Of a DNA stretch of 63,971 nt, positions 48,738 through 62,678 are shown in pieces. How positions within the stretch are numbered: position 1 is the stretch's first letter; each line of letters opens with the position of its first letter. A model generated the notes under the pieces. The model did not search any database and had not been told where the DNA came from. It saw nothing but the letters and a program-made list of their open reading frames with translations. The DNA is from Malacoraja senta (taxonomy: Eukaryota), in the NCBI GenBank assembly GCA_038087875.1, contig CM075996.1, forward strand, positions 3,908,030-3,972,000, given 5' to 3'. A program made the translations under genes and the position numbers.

Positions 48738-50441
48738 GAAACTTTTTAACAAGAGAAAATCTTGGCCAGTGTCTGAATGTCCTTTCTCAGGAAGGGTAAA
48801 GCACCAAGGGGAAGATATATCTTTAGTGTAAACTAGCATTTGCAGTTCCTTCCTAAACTCAATGTTTATACTATACGTGGATTATGAGGTGCTGTTCCTC
48901 CATTGTGCTTGTGGCCTCACTAGAACCAAGGGCGGCAAAGACAGAAAGGACAGTAAGAAAGGATCAGTCTGAAGAAGGGTTTCGGCCCGAATCGTTGCCT
49001 ATTTCCTTCGCTCCATAGATGCTGCTGCACCCGCTGAGTTTCTTCAGCACTTTTGTCTACCTTCGATTTTCCAGCATCTGCAGTTCCTTCTTAAACACAA
49101 GAACAGTAATTGGTGGGGAAGTTAAATGGTGAGCAACCAGGAGATCCAGCAGACCCAGGCGGACAGAGTGCAAGTGTTAGGCGAAATAGTTGCCTAATCT
49201 ATGCTTGGCCGTGCCAATGTAAAGGAGACCATATAGGGAGCAGTGAATGCAGGATACCAACGCAACAATATTGTATTGGAATTACCGCATGCCGCGTACT
49301 TAAATGTGATACTTCATGCTTCCTATCTCACACATTACAATTCCACTCATCCAGCATCCTCTACTCAAGATCAAGAGCGTTTGTCCAAGACACAAAATGC
49401 TGGAATAACTCAGCAGGACAGGCAGTATCTCTGGATAGAAGGAATAGGTGACGTTTCGGGTCGAGGCCCTTCTTCAACCTGAAGGGTCGACCCGAAACGT
49501 CACCTATTCCTTTTCTCCAGAGATGCTGTCTGACCCGTTGAGTCACTCCAGCTTTTTGTGTCTATCTCCGCTTTAAACCAGCATCTTTCCTACACATTTA
49601 GAGTTATGGTTGTGCAGTATGGCTCAAGAGCCTGATGGTTGTTGGGCAGAGAGCAGTTCTTGAAGCTGGGGATTATGGTTGTCAGGCTCCTGTACCACCT
49701 TCTCAATGGTAGCAGGAAGCTGACTGAGGGGTTAGGGTGTTGTGGACTTCCCAGGACTCGGTCACAACTCCAATATCTATGAGTTTGAATTTTCCCCAAA
49801 CAGTGCACTTTCCACCACAGAGTGCAGTGTCCAAAACTATGCTGAAATTGTTGGCCAGTCTATTTAGATAAGATATTTTGGGTGGCACAGCCGTGGAATT
49901 GCTGCCTTACAGCGCCGGAGATCCAGTTTCAAACCCGACTAGGGGTGCTGTCTGTATGGAGTCTGTACGCTCTCCCAGTGACCACATGGGTTTTCTCTGA
50001 GATCTTCGGTTCCTCCCACACTCCAAAGATGTACAGGTTTGTCGGTTAATTGGCTTGGTATAAGTGTAAATTGTCCCTAGTGTGTGTGTGTGTGTAGGAT
50101 AACGTTAGTGGGCAGTGATCACTGGTCGGTGCAGACTCGGTGGGCCGAAGGGCCCGTTTCCACGCTGTAACTAAACTAAGTAACTGGAAGTTTGAGCCAA
50201 AGGTTTTACAAACATTGAGAAAATACTGGGAAGAACACCTCATCACAGGATGGTTTACATTGAGCAAAAACTTTTAATGTTGCATCAAAGGGCACCACTA
50301 TGGAGTGAAAAAACCCTTGTGCACTGTTTACTCTAGAAAGCAACCTTGTAGAAGAAACTTGTGCCTAATGTCCGATACATTATTGCAACATATCCCCTCC
50401 CAAGTGCGTCAGGAATAAAGTATAATGTACTTGGTTACAAA

Positions 50442-50641
50442 NNNNNNNNNNNNNNNNNNNNNNNNNNNNNNNNNNNNNNNNNNNNNNNNNNNNNNNNNNN
50501 NNNNNNNNNNNNNNNNNNNNNNNNNNNNNNNNNNNNNNNNNNNNNNNNNNNNNNNNNNNNNNNNNNNNNNNNNNNNNNNNNNNNNNNNNNNNNNNNNNNN
50601 NNNNNNNNNNNNNNNNNNNNNNNNNNNNNNNNNNNNNNNNN
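50442..50641. other. Assembly gap (200 N)
   Basis: Run of n. Confidence 1.
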
Positions 50642-52097
50642 ATTTTAGTTTAGACTGCTACAGCTATTGCAGTCTGACGCCACCACCTTAAAAGTGGATT
50701 TAGCTCTTGTAAAAGAAGGAACAGGCTACTTTAGACTTTGGAGATACAGCGCGGAAACAGGCCCTTCGGCCCACCGAGTCCGTGCCCACCAGCGATCCCT
50801 GCACGCTAACACTATCCTCCACACACTAGGGACAATTTTACAATTTTACCGAAGCCAATTAGCCTACAGACCTGTACATCTTTGGAGTGTGGGAGGAAAC
50901 CGGAGCACCCGGAGAAAACCCACGCAGGTCACGGGGAGAACGTACAAACTCCGTACAGGCAGCACGCATGGTCAGGATCGAACCCGGAGCTGTGAGGCAG
51001 CAACCCTACCCGCTGCGCCACCCTGCCGCCCACACAGAGGATGGTGAAGCTCTGAAATTCTCTGGTGTAGAGGTCTGGATCACTGCGGAGTATTTATATT
51101 GGAGATGGATGAACATTTGATAGATTGGCAATTTTATATTTTCAATGTGTCAAAATATTTCTTCCATCACCCTGGTAATTCCTTACTATAACAAAACGTG
51201 GGGAAAAGTGTTGGACTTGTGAGACTGGTGTTCGGTAAGCGACTGATGTATGTGCCCAGTGAAGGGCTGCACTATGTGTTTAACAGCCTCACTGCTGGCA
51301 ACGTTGGCCTGGGAGAGGACACTGACATCATAGAGTGATAGAGTGATACAGTGTGGAAACAGGCCATACGGCCCAACTCGCCCCACACCGGCCAACATCT
51401 CCCAGCCACACTAGTCCCACCTGCCTGCATTTGGCCCACATCCCTCCAAACCTGTCCTATCCATGTACCTGTCTAACTGTTTCTTAAATGTTGGGATAGT
51501 CCCAGCCTCAACTACCTCATCTGGCAGCTCGTTCCATACACCCACCGCACCTTGTGTGAAAAAAGTTACCCCTCAGATTCCTATTAAAATCTTTTCCCTA
51601 GTGAGTAGGATTGTGCTAGGTGTACGGGGATCGCAGACTCGTTTGGCTGAGGGGGCCTGTTTCTCTGAAGTAGGGTCTCGACCTGGAACGTCACCCATTC
51701 ATTCTCCGTACAGACAGCACCCGTGGTCGGGATCGAACCCGGGTCTCCGGCGCTGCACTTGCTGTAAGGCGGCAACTCTACCGCTGCACCACCGTGCCGC
51801 CCTTTGTACAGTTGTGTACTGTTCAGAAGCTCGATGGTCGCTGTGCCTGTTTCTGTGCTGTGTCTCCAATACTAGAAAATCATTGAGGGGTGCAGCTGGG
51901 AGTGAACTAATCCCTCTCGGAAGTGCCTGTGAGGGTCTAACTCCATTATCTCTACCGTCCGTGACCGCAGAGGGTGATCCCACTGGGCCAGGGGTTCCAT
52001 TTGTTAACAGCGGTAGAGTCACTGCCTTACGGTGCTTGCAGCGCCGGAGGACCCCGGGGGTTCGATCCCGACTACGGGTGCTGTCTGTATGGAGTTT

Positions 52098-52640
52098 AGA
52101 AACATAGCAACATAGAAATTAGGTGCAGGAGTAGGCCATTCGGCCCTTCGAGCCTGCACCGCCATTCAATATGATCATGGCTGATCATCCAACTCAGTAA
52201 TCCTGTACCTGCCTTCTCTCCATACCCCCTGATCCCTTTAGCCACAAGGGCCACATCTAACTCCCTCTTAAATATAGCCAATGAACTGGCCTCAACCTAC
52301 CCTCTGTGGCAGAGAGTTCCAGAGATTCACCACTCTCTGTGTGAAAAAAGTTCTTTCTCATCTCGGTTTTAAAGGATTTCCCCCTTATCCTTAAGCTGTG
52401 ACCCCTTGTCCCTGGACTTCCCCAACATCAGGAGCAATCTTCCCTGCATCTAGCCTGTCCAACCCCTTAAGAATTTTGTAAGTTTCTATAAGATCCCCTC
52501 TCAATCTCCTAAATTCTAGAGAGTATAAACCAAGTCTATCCAGTCTTTCTTCATAAGACAGTCCTGACATCCCAGGAATCAGTCTGGTGAACCTTTCTCT
52601 GCACTCCCTCTATGGCAATAATGTCCTTCCTCAGATTGGA
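52098..52640 (-). mobile_element. CR1 LINE 3' fragment nested in a V-SINE (~52005-52890)
   Basis: Same young subfamily as 463-900 but with several single-base insertions; SINE head lies before it and SINE body after it. Confidence 0.88.
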
Positions 52641-53438
52641 CAGATCGTACAACGTTTGTACGTTCTCCCCCCGTAAACCTGCGTGACTTTTCTCCAAGAT
52701 CTTCGGCTTCCTCCCACACTCCAAAGACGTACAGGTTTGTAGATTAATGGCTTGGTAAATGTGTTTTTTTTAAATTGTCCCCTAGTGTGTGTAGGATGGT
52801 GTTAATGTGTGGCGATCGCTGGCCGGCGCAGTCCCGGTGGGCCGAAGGGCCAGGTTGCACGCTGTATCTCTAAACTAAACTAAACTAAATATCCAGTTTT
52901 GCCTCGGGGAGCTTAAAGAGCAGGTTTTTGAATTCTACATCTGTCTCTGACACCACACCTGTCAGCATTTCTTCAGATTAAGTACATTGTTTTATTGCCC
53001 ATCATTATTAGATCCCGTTGGTGCAGTTCAGAGGTTCCATTGCAAAGTCTCATGGTCATGTTTGTTTACAGACCATATCTCTTGTGTAGTCTCCGGTTGT
53101 GGGCCAGGTGCCTGTGATCTGTGGACTCTGCTGTTTGTTGAATTCAATTACCGCTAGCTACTTTAGTTCACCGAGACGGATTTTTGTCTGTATTATGGCT
53201 ATCGTGCCGCAAACTTAAAAGGACACAAAGTACTGGAGTAACCTGGAGTTGGTCGGCACGGTGGCGCAGCGGTAGAGTTGCTGCCTCACAGCACCAGAGG
53301 CCCGGGTTCGTACCTGACTTCAGGTGCTGTCTGTACAGAGTTTGTACCTTCTCCCCAGGTACTCCAGTTTCCCCCCACACTCCTTAGACGTACAGGTTTG
53401 TAGGTTAATTGGCTTTGGTAAATTGTCCCCCCCCCCGC

Positions 53439-54010
53439 CTAGATTACTGTAACTCCCTTTACACTGGCATCAGCCAATCTTCCCTGTCCCGCCTGCAACT
53501 GGTCCAAAACGCCGCAGCGAGACTCCTGACGGGCACCTGAAAAAGGGACCACATCACCCCGATCCTGGCCCCTCTCCACTGGCTCCCTGTGCGGTTTACG
53601 AATAATTTTCAAGATCCTCATTATGTCTACAAAGCCCTCATGGGCTTGCCCCCACCTACATTAAAAGTCTGCTCACCCACCACTCCACCTCCAGGTCCCT
53701 CAGATCGGCCAACTTGGGGTTGCTGAATATCCCACGGTCTAGGCATAAGCTCAGGGGCGAACGCGCCTTTGCGGTTGCAGCCCCTAGACTGTGGAAACAG
53801 CATCCCCCTTCCCATCAGAACCGCCCCCTCCATCGGACTCCTTTAAGCCGAGACTTAAAACTCATCTCTACTCCCAAGCCTTTCTTGACGTCCTCTGAGC
53901 GACGGTTGTTTATTTATACTATTTTTATACCATTGTAAAGCACTTTGGCCAACGAGAGTTGTTTTTTTAAATGTGCTATATAAATAAATGTGACTTGACT
54001 TGACTTGACT
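53439..54010 (+). mobile_element. L2-clade LINE 3' fragment nested in a V-SINE (~53257-54135)
   Basis: LDYCNSLYTGISQSSLSRLQLVQNAAARLL...HITPILAPLHWLPV...GERAFAVAAPRLW; (tgact)n tail. Confidence 0.9.
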
Positions 54011-54970
54011 AGTGTGAGTAGGATAGCGCCAGTGTATGGGGATCGCTGGTCGGCATGGACTCGATGGGCCGAAGGGCCTGTTTCCACACTGTATCTCTAA
54101 ACTAAATTATTCTAAACTAAACTAAACTAAACTCAGTGAGTCAGGCTGTTTCTCTGGCTGACATGGATAGACAACATTTCTAGTCGGGACCCTACTTCAG
54201 ACTAATTGCAGCGTGGTGGAGCTAAAACTGAATAGTGAAGTGGGCTGGGGGTGACAGAACGTGGCCTAGCAAGTGATAGGTGGATAACAGCATCGGCATT
54301 TCCTTGTGCCTCCATCTTAAACTTTGTCCTTTGATGACAACTATTTCGTCTCAACAAACTGCTCTCATCAATACTCTGCCCAATCACCAAGAAGTTTCAA
54401 ATCCTCATCAATGCCTCGAATTCCTCAGAAGTTTGATGAGATTCTGTATGTCGATGTCGAAGACTCTGTTGAACTTCTACTGGAGTTTAGTTTAGTTTAG
54501 AAGATACAGCGCGGAAACAGGCCCTTCGGCCCACCGGGTCCACGCCGACCAGCGATCGATTCCCCCCGCATTAACACTATCCTAGACAGACTAGGTACAA
54601 TTTTTTTAACATTTAACATTCATACCAAGCCAATTTACCTACAAACCTGCACGTCTTTGGAGTGTGGGAGGAAACCGGAGCACCCGGAGAAAACCCACGC
54701 AGGTCACAGGGAGAACGTACAAACTCCGTCCAGACAGCACCCGTAGTTGGGATCGAACCCGGGGTCTCCGGCGCTGCATTCGCTGTAAGGCGGCATCTCT
54801 ACCGCTGCGCTACCGTGACTGCAGCAGAGAGCATACTTACTGGCTGGTTGCATCACAGCCTTGTTCGACAACTCCAACGGCCAAAGATGAAGATTACAGA
54901 GAGTGGTCGACACTGCTCGGGTCGGTTACTTCACAGTTACACACCCACTCCACCAGCAAAGGGATCTTTA

Positions 54971-55186
54971 AGGGCCTGTCCCACTTTCACGACCTAATTC
55001 ATGACCTTTTTTACTCGTGGACATTTTTCATCAGGCTAGAAAAACGCCCCGACCTACTTGATGCCACGAGCACCTACGACCTACCTACGACCTCCTACGA
55101 CCTCGTGACGACCATGCTGCGAGTATGAGTCATGGGCAAACTCGGCAGAGGTCGTGAATTAGGTTCGTGAAAGTGGGGCAGGCCCT
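54971..55186. mobile_element. PIF/Harbinger MITE (second copy of 14283-14519)
   Basis: TIRs agggcctgtcccactttcacgacc / aagtggggcaggccct; TTA TSD. Confidence 0.85.
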
Positions 55187-55289
55187 TTAAGAGGCACTGC
55201 CTCAAAATGGCAGACAGTATCCCCCAAAGACCCACACCACCCTGGCCACACACTCAATTCTCAGCAACCATCAGGAAAAAGTTGGAGGA

Positions 55290-55900
55290 AGTCAAGTCAA
55301 GTCAAGTCAAGTGAGTTTATTGTCATGTGTCCCCTGGTAGGACAATGAAATTCTTGCTTTGCTTGAGCACAACAGAACATAGTAGGCATTTACTACAAGG
55401 CATTCTATAAATATATACACAATGGTCAATATACTGATAAAGTGCAAATAACAGTATTGGCTAGTAAAGTTCAGTGTTATGTCCGAGCCAGGTTTAATAG
55501 CCTGATGGCTGTGGGGAAGTAGCTATTCCTGAACCTGGTCGTTGCAGTCTTCAGGCTCCTGTACCTTCTACCTGAAGGTAGTAGGGAGATGAGTGTGTGG
55601 CCAGGATGGTGTGGGTCCTTGATGATACTGCCAGCCTTTTTGAGGCAGCGACTGTGGTAGAATCCCCTCGATGGAAGGGAGGGTCAGAGCCGATGATGGA
55701 CTGGGCAGTGTTTACTACTTTTTGTAGTCTTTTCCTCTCCAGGGCACTCAAGTTGCCGAACCAAGCCACGATGCAACCGGTCAGCATGCTCTCTTACTGT
55801 GCACCTGTAGAAGTTAGAGAGAGTCCTCCTTGACAAACCGACTCTCCGTAATCTTCTCAGGAAGTAGAGGCGCTGATGTGCCTTTCTTAATAATGGCATC
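55290..55900 (-). mobile_element. Rex1/Babar-like LINE 3' fragment
   Basis: KAHQRLYFLRRLRRVGLSRRTLSNFYRCTV / LTGCIVAWFGNLSALERKRLQKVVNTAQSIIG; (ttgac)n tail. Confidence 0.8.
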
Positions 55901-56956
55901 ATTGTTCTCGGACCGCAGGAACTGCAGATGGTGGTTTTACACCGAAGACAGACACAAAAAGCTGGAGCAACTCAGCGGGACAGGAAGCATCTCTGGAGAG
56001 AAGGAATGGGTGACATTTCGGGTCGAGAAACTTCTTCAGACCTCGACCCGAAACGCCTCCCATTCCTTCTCCCCAGAGATGCCGCCTGCCCCGCTGAGTT
56101 ACTCCAGCTTTTTGTGTCAATCATCAGGAAGAAGGTACAGGAGCCTGAAAACCGTGACCACCAGTTTCAAGAATGGCTTAATTCCAGCGACCATCGAGCT
56201 TCTGAACAGTACACAACAGTAAAAAGGGCGGCGGGCACGGTGGTGTAGCGGTAGAGTTGCCGCCTTACAGCGAGTGCAGCGCCGGAGACCCGGGTTCGAT
56301 CCCGACTACGGGTGCTGTCCGTACGGGGTTTGTACGTCTCCCCGTGACCTGCGAGATTTGTTTTCTCCGAGATTCTCGGTTTCCTCCCACACTCTAAAGA
56401 CGTGCAGGTTTGTAGGTTAATTGACTTGGTATAAATGTAAATTGTCCCTAGTGTTTTGTAGGAAAGTGTTGAACCACGATAGCGGGGATCACTGGTTGGC
56501 GCGGACCTGGTGGGCCAAAGGGCCTGTATCTTTAAAACTAAAAAAAAACAATTAAAAAACTTTTAAAAAAAACTAATGTCAGCAACTTTGGACTATCTTT
56601 GGTTGCACGATGGACTTTGTTTTTTTGCACTGTGGTTATTAATTTATTGCATTTTTTGATTGTAATTATCTGGGCATAGCCTGTTAAGCTGCAGCCTTAT
56701 TAGCCTTAATAGTACTTCGTTAGTTGCCGTGGAAACAATGAACTAAGCGGCCTCCATTTTGTATTAATCCTGGATAATGATCTGATCGCCGCCCTCGTAG
56801 CTCAGTCAGCCTTAGCCATTCTGCAACCTGTTTGACTGGTTTGGTCAAATACCTTTTATTGATTGGTATTTTAATCCAGTGCTTTACCCATGAGAAGGCT
56901 GAATGTTTACTGAAGTGAATTAAACATGAGAGCTGGTGTTACTGACCTGTTCCTGG

Positions 56957-57196
56957 CACACACACACAATCTCACACACATACACACACACACACACACA
57001 CACTCACACGCATACACACACAAGTTCACATACGGACTCACTCACAATCACTCACACACACACAAACACGCAATAACAATCACACACACTTACACTTATA
57101 CACGCACAAGTTCACATACACACTCACTTACAATCACACACACACACAATCTCACACACATACACACACAAGTTCACATACGAACTCACTCACAAT

Positions 57197-57227
<31 letters not shown>

Positions 57228-57358
57228 TCACACACAAACACTCACTCACACACACACACACTCACACACACTTGCACATATACAAACACATACACACTCA
57301 CACACACACTCACATTACACTCTCATCACACTCATACACACAGTCACACACACACTCA

Positions 57359-57404
<46 letters not shown>
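56957..57404. repeat. Imperfect (CA)n microsatellite array
   Basis: Seen directly. Confidence 0.97.
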
Positions 57405-57405
<1 letters not shown>

Positions 57406-57701
57406 CCATGCAGGCAAAAGGGCTTTGTCTGTGTCAATGTCAATGAACTATTTTATTAGTCAGTCTGAAGAAGGGTCTCAACCTGAAACGTCACCCATTC
57501 CTTCTCTCCAGAAATGCTGCCTGTCCCGCTGAGTTACTCCAGCATTTTGTGTCTATCTTTGGTATTTAGCAGCATCTGCAGTTCCTTCTTACACAGATAT
57601 GCACATCTTGAGTCTGACCAGTGACTCCAACCCCCGTTACTGTCTAATTGACTCTTAGCTCCTCCAGTACTAAAAAACCCCAGCCCTTGGGCAGTTTAAG
57701 G

Positions 57702-57733
57702 CAAAGATCCTATAGCTTGTTATAAGATCTTTG
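57702..57733. mobile_element. 32-bp minimal hAT-type element (TIR ends only)
   Basis: gtttaagg|caaagatcctatagcttgttataagatctttg|gtttaagg: perfect 8-bp TSD; same caaaga...tctttg ends as 2038-2442. Confidence 0.8.
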
Positions 57734-58090
57734 GTTTAAGGGGAGTTCCTGACTTCAGTTGCTCACCCTGTTCGTGCATGTGTCAGACATCATGCTGCTA
57801 GACTGGTGGCGCCATGGCGACGTGGTCAAATACATGCAGCATCCCCACCTTCCTGTTCCCTCCCTGCCCGCCCGGTAACCAGTTCCCCTTCAAGTGCCCC
57901 ATCCTTACTGAATGCCTCGACTGGTTCCACACCCCTTAGCAGAAGATGGCAAGAGTCAAGAGTGTTTTATTGTCGTGTCCCAAACAGAGCAATGAAAGTC
58001 TTACTTGCTGCAGCACAACAGAATATGTAAACATAATACACTGTAAACTATATAATAAATGAAAAAAACAGTATATCTATATATATATAT

Positions 58091-58244
58091 GTGAGTACGT
58101 GTGTGTACGTGTGTGTGTACATGTGTGTGTGTGTGTTTACGTGTGTGTATGTGTGTGCACGTGTGTGTGCGTGTGTGCGTGTGTGTGTGTGTACGTGTGT
58201 GTGTGTGTTTACGTGTGTTTACGTGTGTGTACGTGTGTGTGTGT

Positions 58245-58276
<32 letters not shown>

Positions 58277-58510
58277 GCATGTGTGTGTGTGTGTGTTTAC
58301 GTGTGTGTGTGTGTACGTGTGTGTGTGTGTGTTTACATGTGTGTATGTGTGTGTGTGTGTACGTGTGTGTGTGTATGTGTGTGTTTACGTGTGTGTGTGT
58401 GCACGTGTGTGTGTGCGTGTGTGTACATGTGTGTGTGTGTGTGTGTACGTATGTGCATGTGTGTGTGTGCGTGTGTGTGTGTGTATGTGTATACGTGTGT
58501 GTGTGTGTGT
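58091..58510. repeat. Imperfect (TG)n microsatellite array
   Basis: Seen directly. Confidence 0.97.
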
Positions 58511-59565
58511 ATATTTATACAGACACACACACACATACACACACACATATTTCTTAAGATCTTAAGATCCCCACACAGGCACACACATAAAACAAACAAA
58601 CAATGATAGTGCAAAAAGACAAAACCAATCCCCCCAAGTCTATGTAGTTCACGGCTTATTTGAGGTTGTCATGTTTAATAGCCTGTGTAGCAATGTGGAG
58701 TTGCTGCCTCACAGCTCCAGATACCCGGGTTCGATCCTGACTACGGGTGCTGTCCATACGGAGTTTGTACGTTCTCCCCGTGACCTGCGTGGGTTTTCTC
58801 CGGGAGCTCAGGTTTCCTCCCACACTCCAAAGACGCGCAGGTTTGCAGGTTAATTGGCTTCTGTAAAAAAATTGTAAATTGTCCCTAATGGGTGTAGGAT
58901 AGTGCTAGTGTGCGGGGTGATCGCTGGATGGCTCGGACCTCGGTGGGCCGAAGAGCCTGTTTCTGAGCCGTTTCCCTAAAGTCTAAACCTCTAAAGTCTA
59001 AAGACTCTAAACTCAATGAAAGACACAAAAAGCTGGAGTAACTCAGCGGGACAGGCAGCGTCTCTGGAGAGAAGGAATGGGTGACGTTTCGGGCCGAGAC
59101 TCTTCTTCGGACAGAGACTGAGTAATAAATCGTCCATTGATATTGACACCTTCCTACACCTAAAGGCAATGTGTTATTGTACACTGGGTCCATGAGGCAT
59201 GGTGGAGAGGACATGTGCGATACTTATTTTCATCCTCAGCGTTTCTGCCAAGGAGGGACCTCTTGTGGTAGTACTGGGTCATTGCAGCAAGATAAGTCAC
59301 AAAATGGACCATGCTTAGGAGAGGCGTAAGAAGGACTGCAGATTCTCAAGATTCAAGAGAGTTTATTGTCATGTCAGATAGGATAATGGAATTCTTGCTT
59401 TGCTTCAGCACAAGAAAACATAGTAGGCATAAATAAATACAGAACAGAAATGTGCAGATGCTGGTTTACACCGAAGATAGACACAAAATGCTGGGGTAAC
59501 TCAGCGGGACAGGCAGCATCTCGGGAGAGAAGGAATGGGTGACGTTTCGGGTCGAGACCCTTTAT

Positions 59566-60106
59566 CAAAGACCCTATAGCGAGCAAGATAGTCCCCTCGA
59601 CGAAAAAGACGTAGTACGGTCATGGGCAGATTCATGGGTAATTTTAAGGCCCCATTTCCGTAACCGGCTTCCGTCTCCGCACCAAAGATCCCATAGGATA
59701 CTAGTGCGGAGACGGAAGCCGGTTACGGAAACATCCTCGTAAAAATAAAAGTTATTTGGTAAAGATCTTCCCCTCATTTTCAGAATTTTAATTTATTAAC
59801 ACAAACTGTTCCCCCGCAACGTTGATTACAGGGTGTTGACAACGTGGATGTTAATTTGTGTTTATTGTGTGTTTTGTTATTTATTGTTATATGTATGACT
59901 GCAGGCAACGAAATTTCGTTCAGACCGAAAGGTCTGAATGACAAATAAAGGAATCTCTAAATCTCTAACACTGCGGGTCGGGTCGGTTCGGGTTCGGTTA
60001 CGGAAATGGATGAAAAAAAGGCCCACGTTTCGTTCCGTTGCGTACTACACGTCAGCCCATTGCATTTAGCAGGAGTGGTCTATCTTGCTCCGCTATGGGA
60101 TCTATG
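59566..60106. mobile_element. hAT-type MITE (second copy of 2038-2442, opposite orientation, with a ~140-bp internal insert at ~59831-59968)
   Basis: Perfect 8-bp TSD ccctttat (59558-59565 / 60107-60114); same TIRs and internal hairpin. Confidence 0.85.
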
Positions 60107-61699
60107 CCCTTTATCAGACTGAGAGTCAGGGGAGAGGGAGACACAGAGATAAGGAAGTGTAAGGTGTGAAAGCGAGACATCAAAGGGGATGTAGTTCAAG
60201 GAAAATGTAGAGTAGATCATTGTTAGCTCGGAGAAGGTGACAACGGATGCATACAGAGATAACATTGAATCACGGGGCCAGTCAGACTGGTTGGAGAACT
60301 AGGAAGGGGGAGGGATGGGGAGAGAGGGAAAGCAAGGGTTACATGATGATAGAGAAGTCGTTACCCAGCGGTATGAATATTGACTTCTCTAACTTCAAGT
60401 AACTTAGAAGAGGCCTCTTTAACTCATTTCCACTTTGACATCTGGCATTTCAAGCTAAGCACAGCACCGTCTGAAGAGGTGTCTCGACCTGAAACGTCAC
60501 CCGTTCCTTCTCTCCAGAGATGCTGCCTGTCCCGCTGAGTTACTCCAGCATTTTGTGGCTACAATGATGGAAAACTTCAGCTTTGCTTCAGTGGGTGGAA
60601 GGAAGCCTTGTTTTTAGTTCAGGGTACAGGATCATGTCCGTCCTTAGAGATGCAGGCTCAATATTTCACAGAGGCAGAAGTAGGTAGATTAGGAGGAGAT
60701 GTTAACCTCTGCTGCCTTAGGTGGCTGTAACTGGAATGAGTTTAGTTTTAGTTTAGAGATACAGAGATACAGATATAGAGATGTAGCCCCTTCGGCTCAC
60801 CAGGACACGCCGACCAGCGATCCCTGCACATTATCCTACACCCACATGGGACATTTAAAAAAAACATTTACACCAAGCCACAAACCTGTACGTCTTTGGA
60901 GTGTGGGAGGAAACCGAAGATCTCAGAGAAAATCCACGCAGGTCACAGGGAGAAGGTACAAACTCCGTACAGACAGCACCCGCAGTCGGGATCGAACCCG
61001 GGTCTCCGGCGCTGCATTCACTGTAAGGCAGTAACTCTACCACTGCGCCACCGTGACTGTTGTACGGTAAAGCAGCTGGTAGAGCTGCTACCTCACAGCT
61101 CCAGAGACCTGGGTTCAAGTCTGACCTTGGCTGCTGTTTGTGTGGAGTTTGCATGTTCTCCATGTGTCTTGGGTGCAGTTTGGCCTCGTTTCCTCCCACA
61201 TACTAATGATGTGTGGTTAGTGGGTAAACTGAGCACTTTAATTGCCCCGAGTGTGTAGGTTAGTGATGAGAAGGTGGAGAGGATAATATGGTTTAGGGTG
61301 GAACTGGTGTATGTGAAGGAGGGAGTCCCTTCACATAGGAAGGAAGCAGATGCTGGTTCACACCAAAGATAGACACACAAAGCTGGAGTAACTCAGCGGG
61401 ACAGGCAGCACCTCTGGAGAAATGGAATGGGTGACGTTTCGGGGCGAGACCCTTCTTCAGACACAGGAAACAGGCCCTTTGGCCCAACTTGCCCACACGG
61501 GCCTACTTGCCCCCTCTACACTAGTCCCACCTGCCTACATTCGGCCAATAGCCCTCTAAACCTGTTCCTCTAAATCCATGTCACCTGTCTAAATGTTTCT
61601 TAAACGTTGAGTTGTACCTGCATCATTACCTCCACCGGCAGCTTGTACAAGACACTTACCACCCTTTACGTTAAAAAGTTACCTCTCAGGTTCCTATTA

Positions 61700-62246
61700 A
61701 ATAGCCAAATCTGAGGAAGGACATTATAGCCATAGAGGGAGTGCAGAGAAGGTTCACCAGACTGATTTCTGGGATGTCAGGACTTTCATATGAAGAAAGA
61801 CTGGATAGACTCGGCTTATACTCGCTAGAATTTAGGAGATTGAGAGGGGATCTTATAGAAACGTACAAAATTCTTATGGGGTTGGACAGGCTAGATGCAG
61901 GAAGATTGTTCCCGATGTTGGGGAAGTCCAGGACAAGGGGTCACAGCTTAAGGATAAGGGGGAAATCCTTTAAGACCGAGATGAGAAAAAACTTGTTCAC
62001 ACAGAGAGTGGTGAATCTCTGGAACTCTCTGCCACAGAGGGTAGTTGAGGCCAGTTCATTGGCTATGTTTAAGAGGGAGTTAGATGTGGCCCTTGTGGCT
62101 AAAGGGATCAGGGGGTATGGAGAGAAGGCAGGTACGGGATACTGAGTTGGATGATCAGCCATGATCATATTGAATGGCGGTGCAGGCTCGAAGGGCCGAA
62201 TGGCCTACTCCTGCACCTATTTTCTATGTATCTATGTATCTATGTA
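61700..62246 (+). mobile_element. CR1 LINE 3' fragment (young subfamily)
   Basis: ORF 61741-62145 QRRFTRLISGMSGLSYEERLDRLGLYSLEFRRLRGDLIETYK; (tatgtatc)n tail. Confidence 0.95.
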
Positions 62247-62402
62247 AATCTTTCCCATTATCATTTTGTTTGTGGGATCCCACTGTGTACATTGGTTGCT
62301 AGGTTTCCTGCATGGCAACAATGACTTCCTCTCAGAAGCACTTTAGGATTCCTGAGAGCAAGAGAGGCACTTGAAAAATGCAAGGTGATTGTTCTCGCCG
62401 CC

Positions 62403-62678
62403 CACGGTGACGCAGCGGTAGAGACACTGCCTCACAGCGCCAGAGACCCGGGTCCGATCCTGACTACGGGTGCTGTCTGTACGGAGTTTGTACCTTCTCC
62501 CCGTGACCTGCGTGGCTTTGTAGGTTAATTGGCTCGGTATACATGGAAATTGGCCCTAGTGTGTGTAGGGCAGGTTTAGTGTGTGGGGATCGCTGGTCGG
62601 CGCGGACCCGGTGGGCCGAAGGGAGCCTGTTTCCATGCTGTATCTCAAAACCAAACTAAATAACTAAACTAAACTAAA
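62403..62678 (+). mobile_element. V-SINE copy
   Basis: A/B boxes, V-domain, (aaact)n tail. Confidence 0.85.

Noticed and set aside
51463..52107. 214-aa plus-strand ORF
   Set aside because: A mosaic of antisense CR1, SINE and Penelope pieces.
56926..58606. His/Thr-rich and Cys/Val-rich ORFs of 150-177 aa
   Set aside because: They are translations of (CA)n and (TG)n microsatellites.
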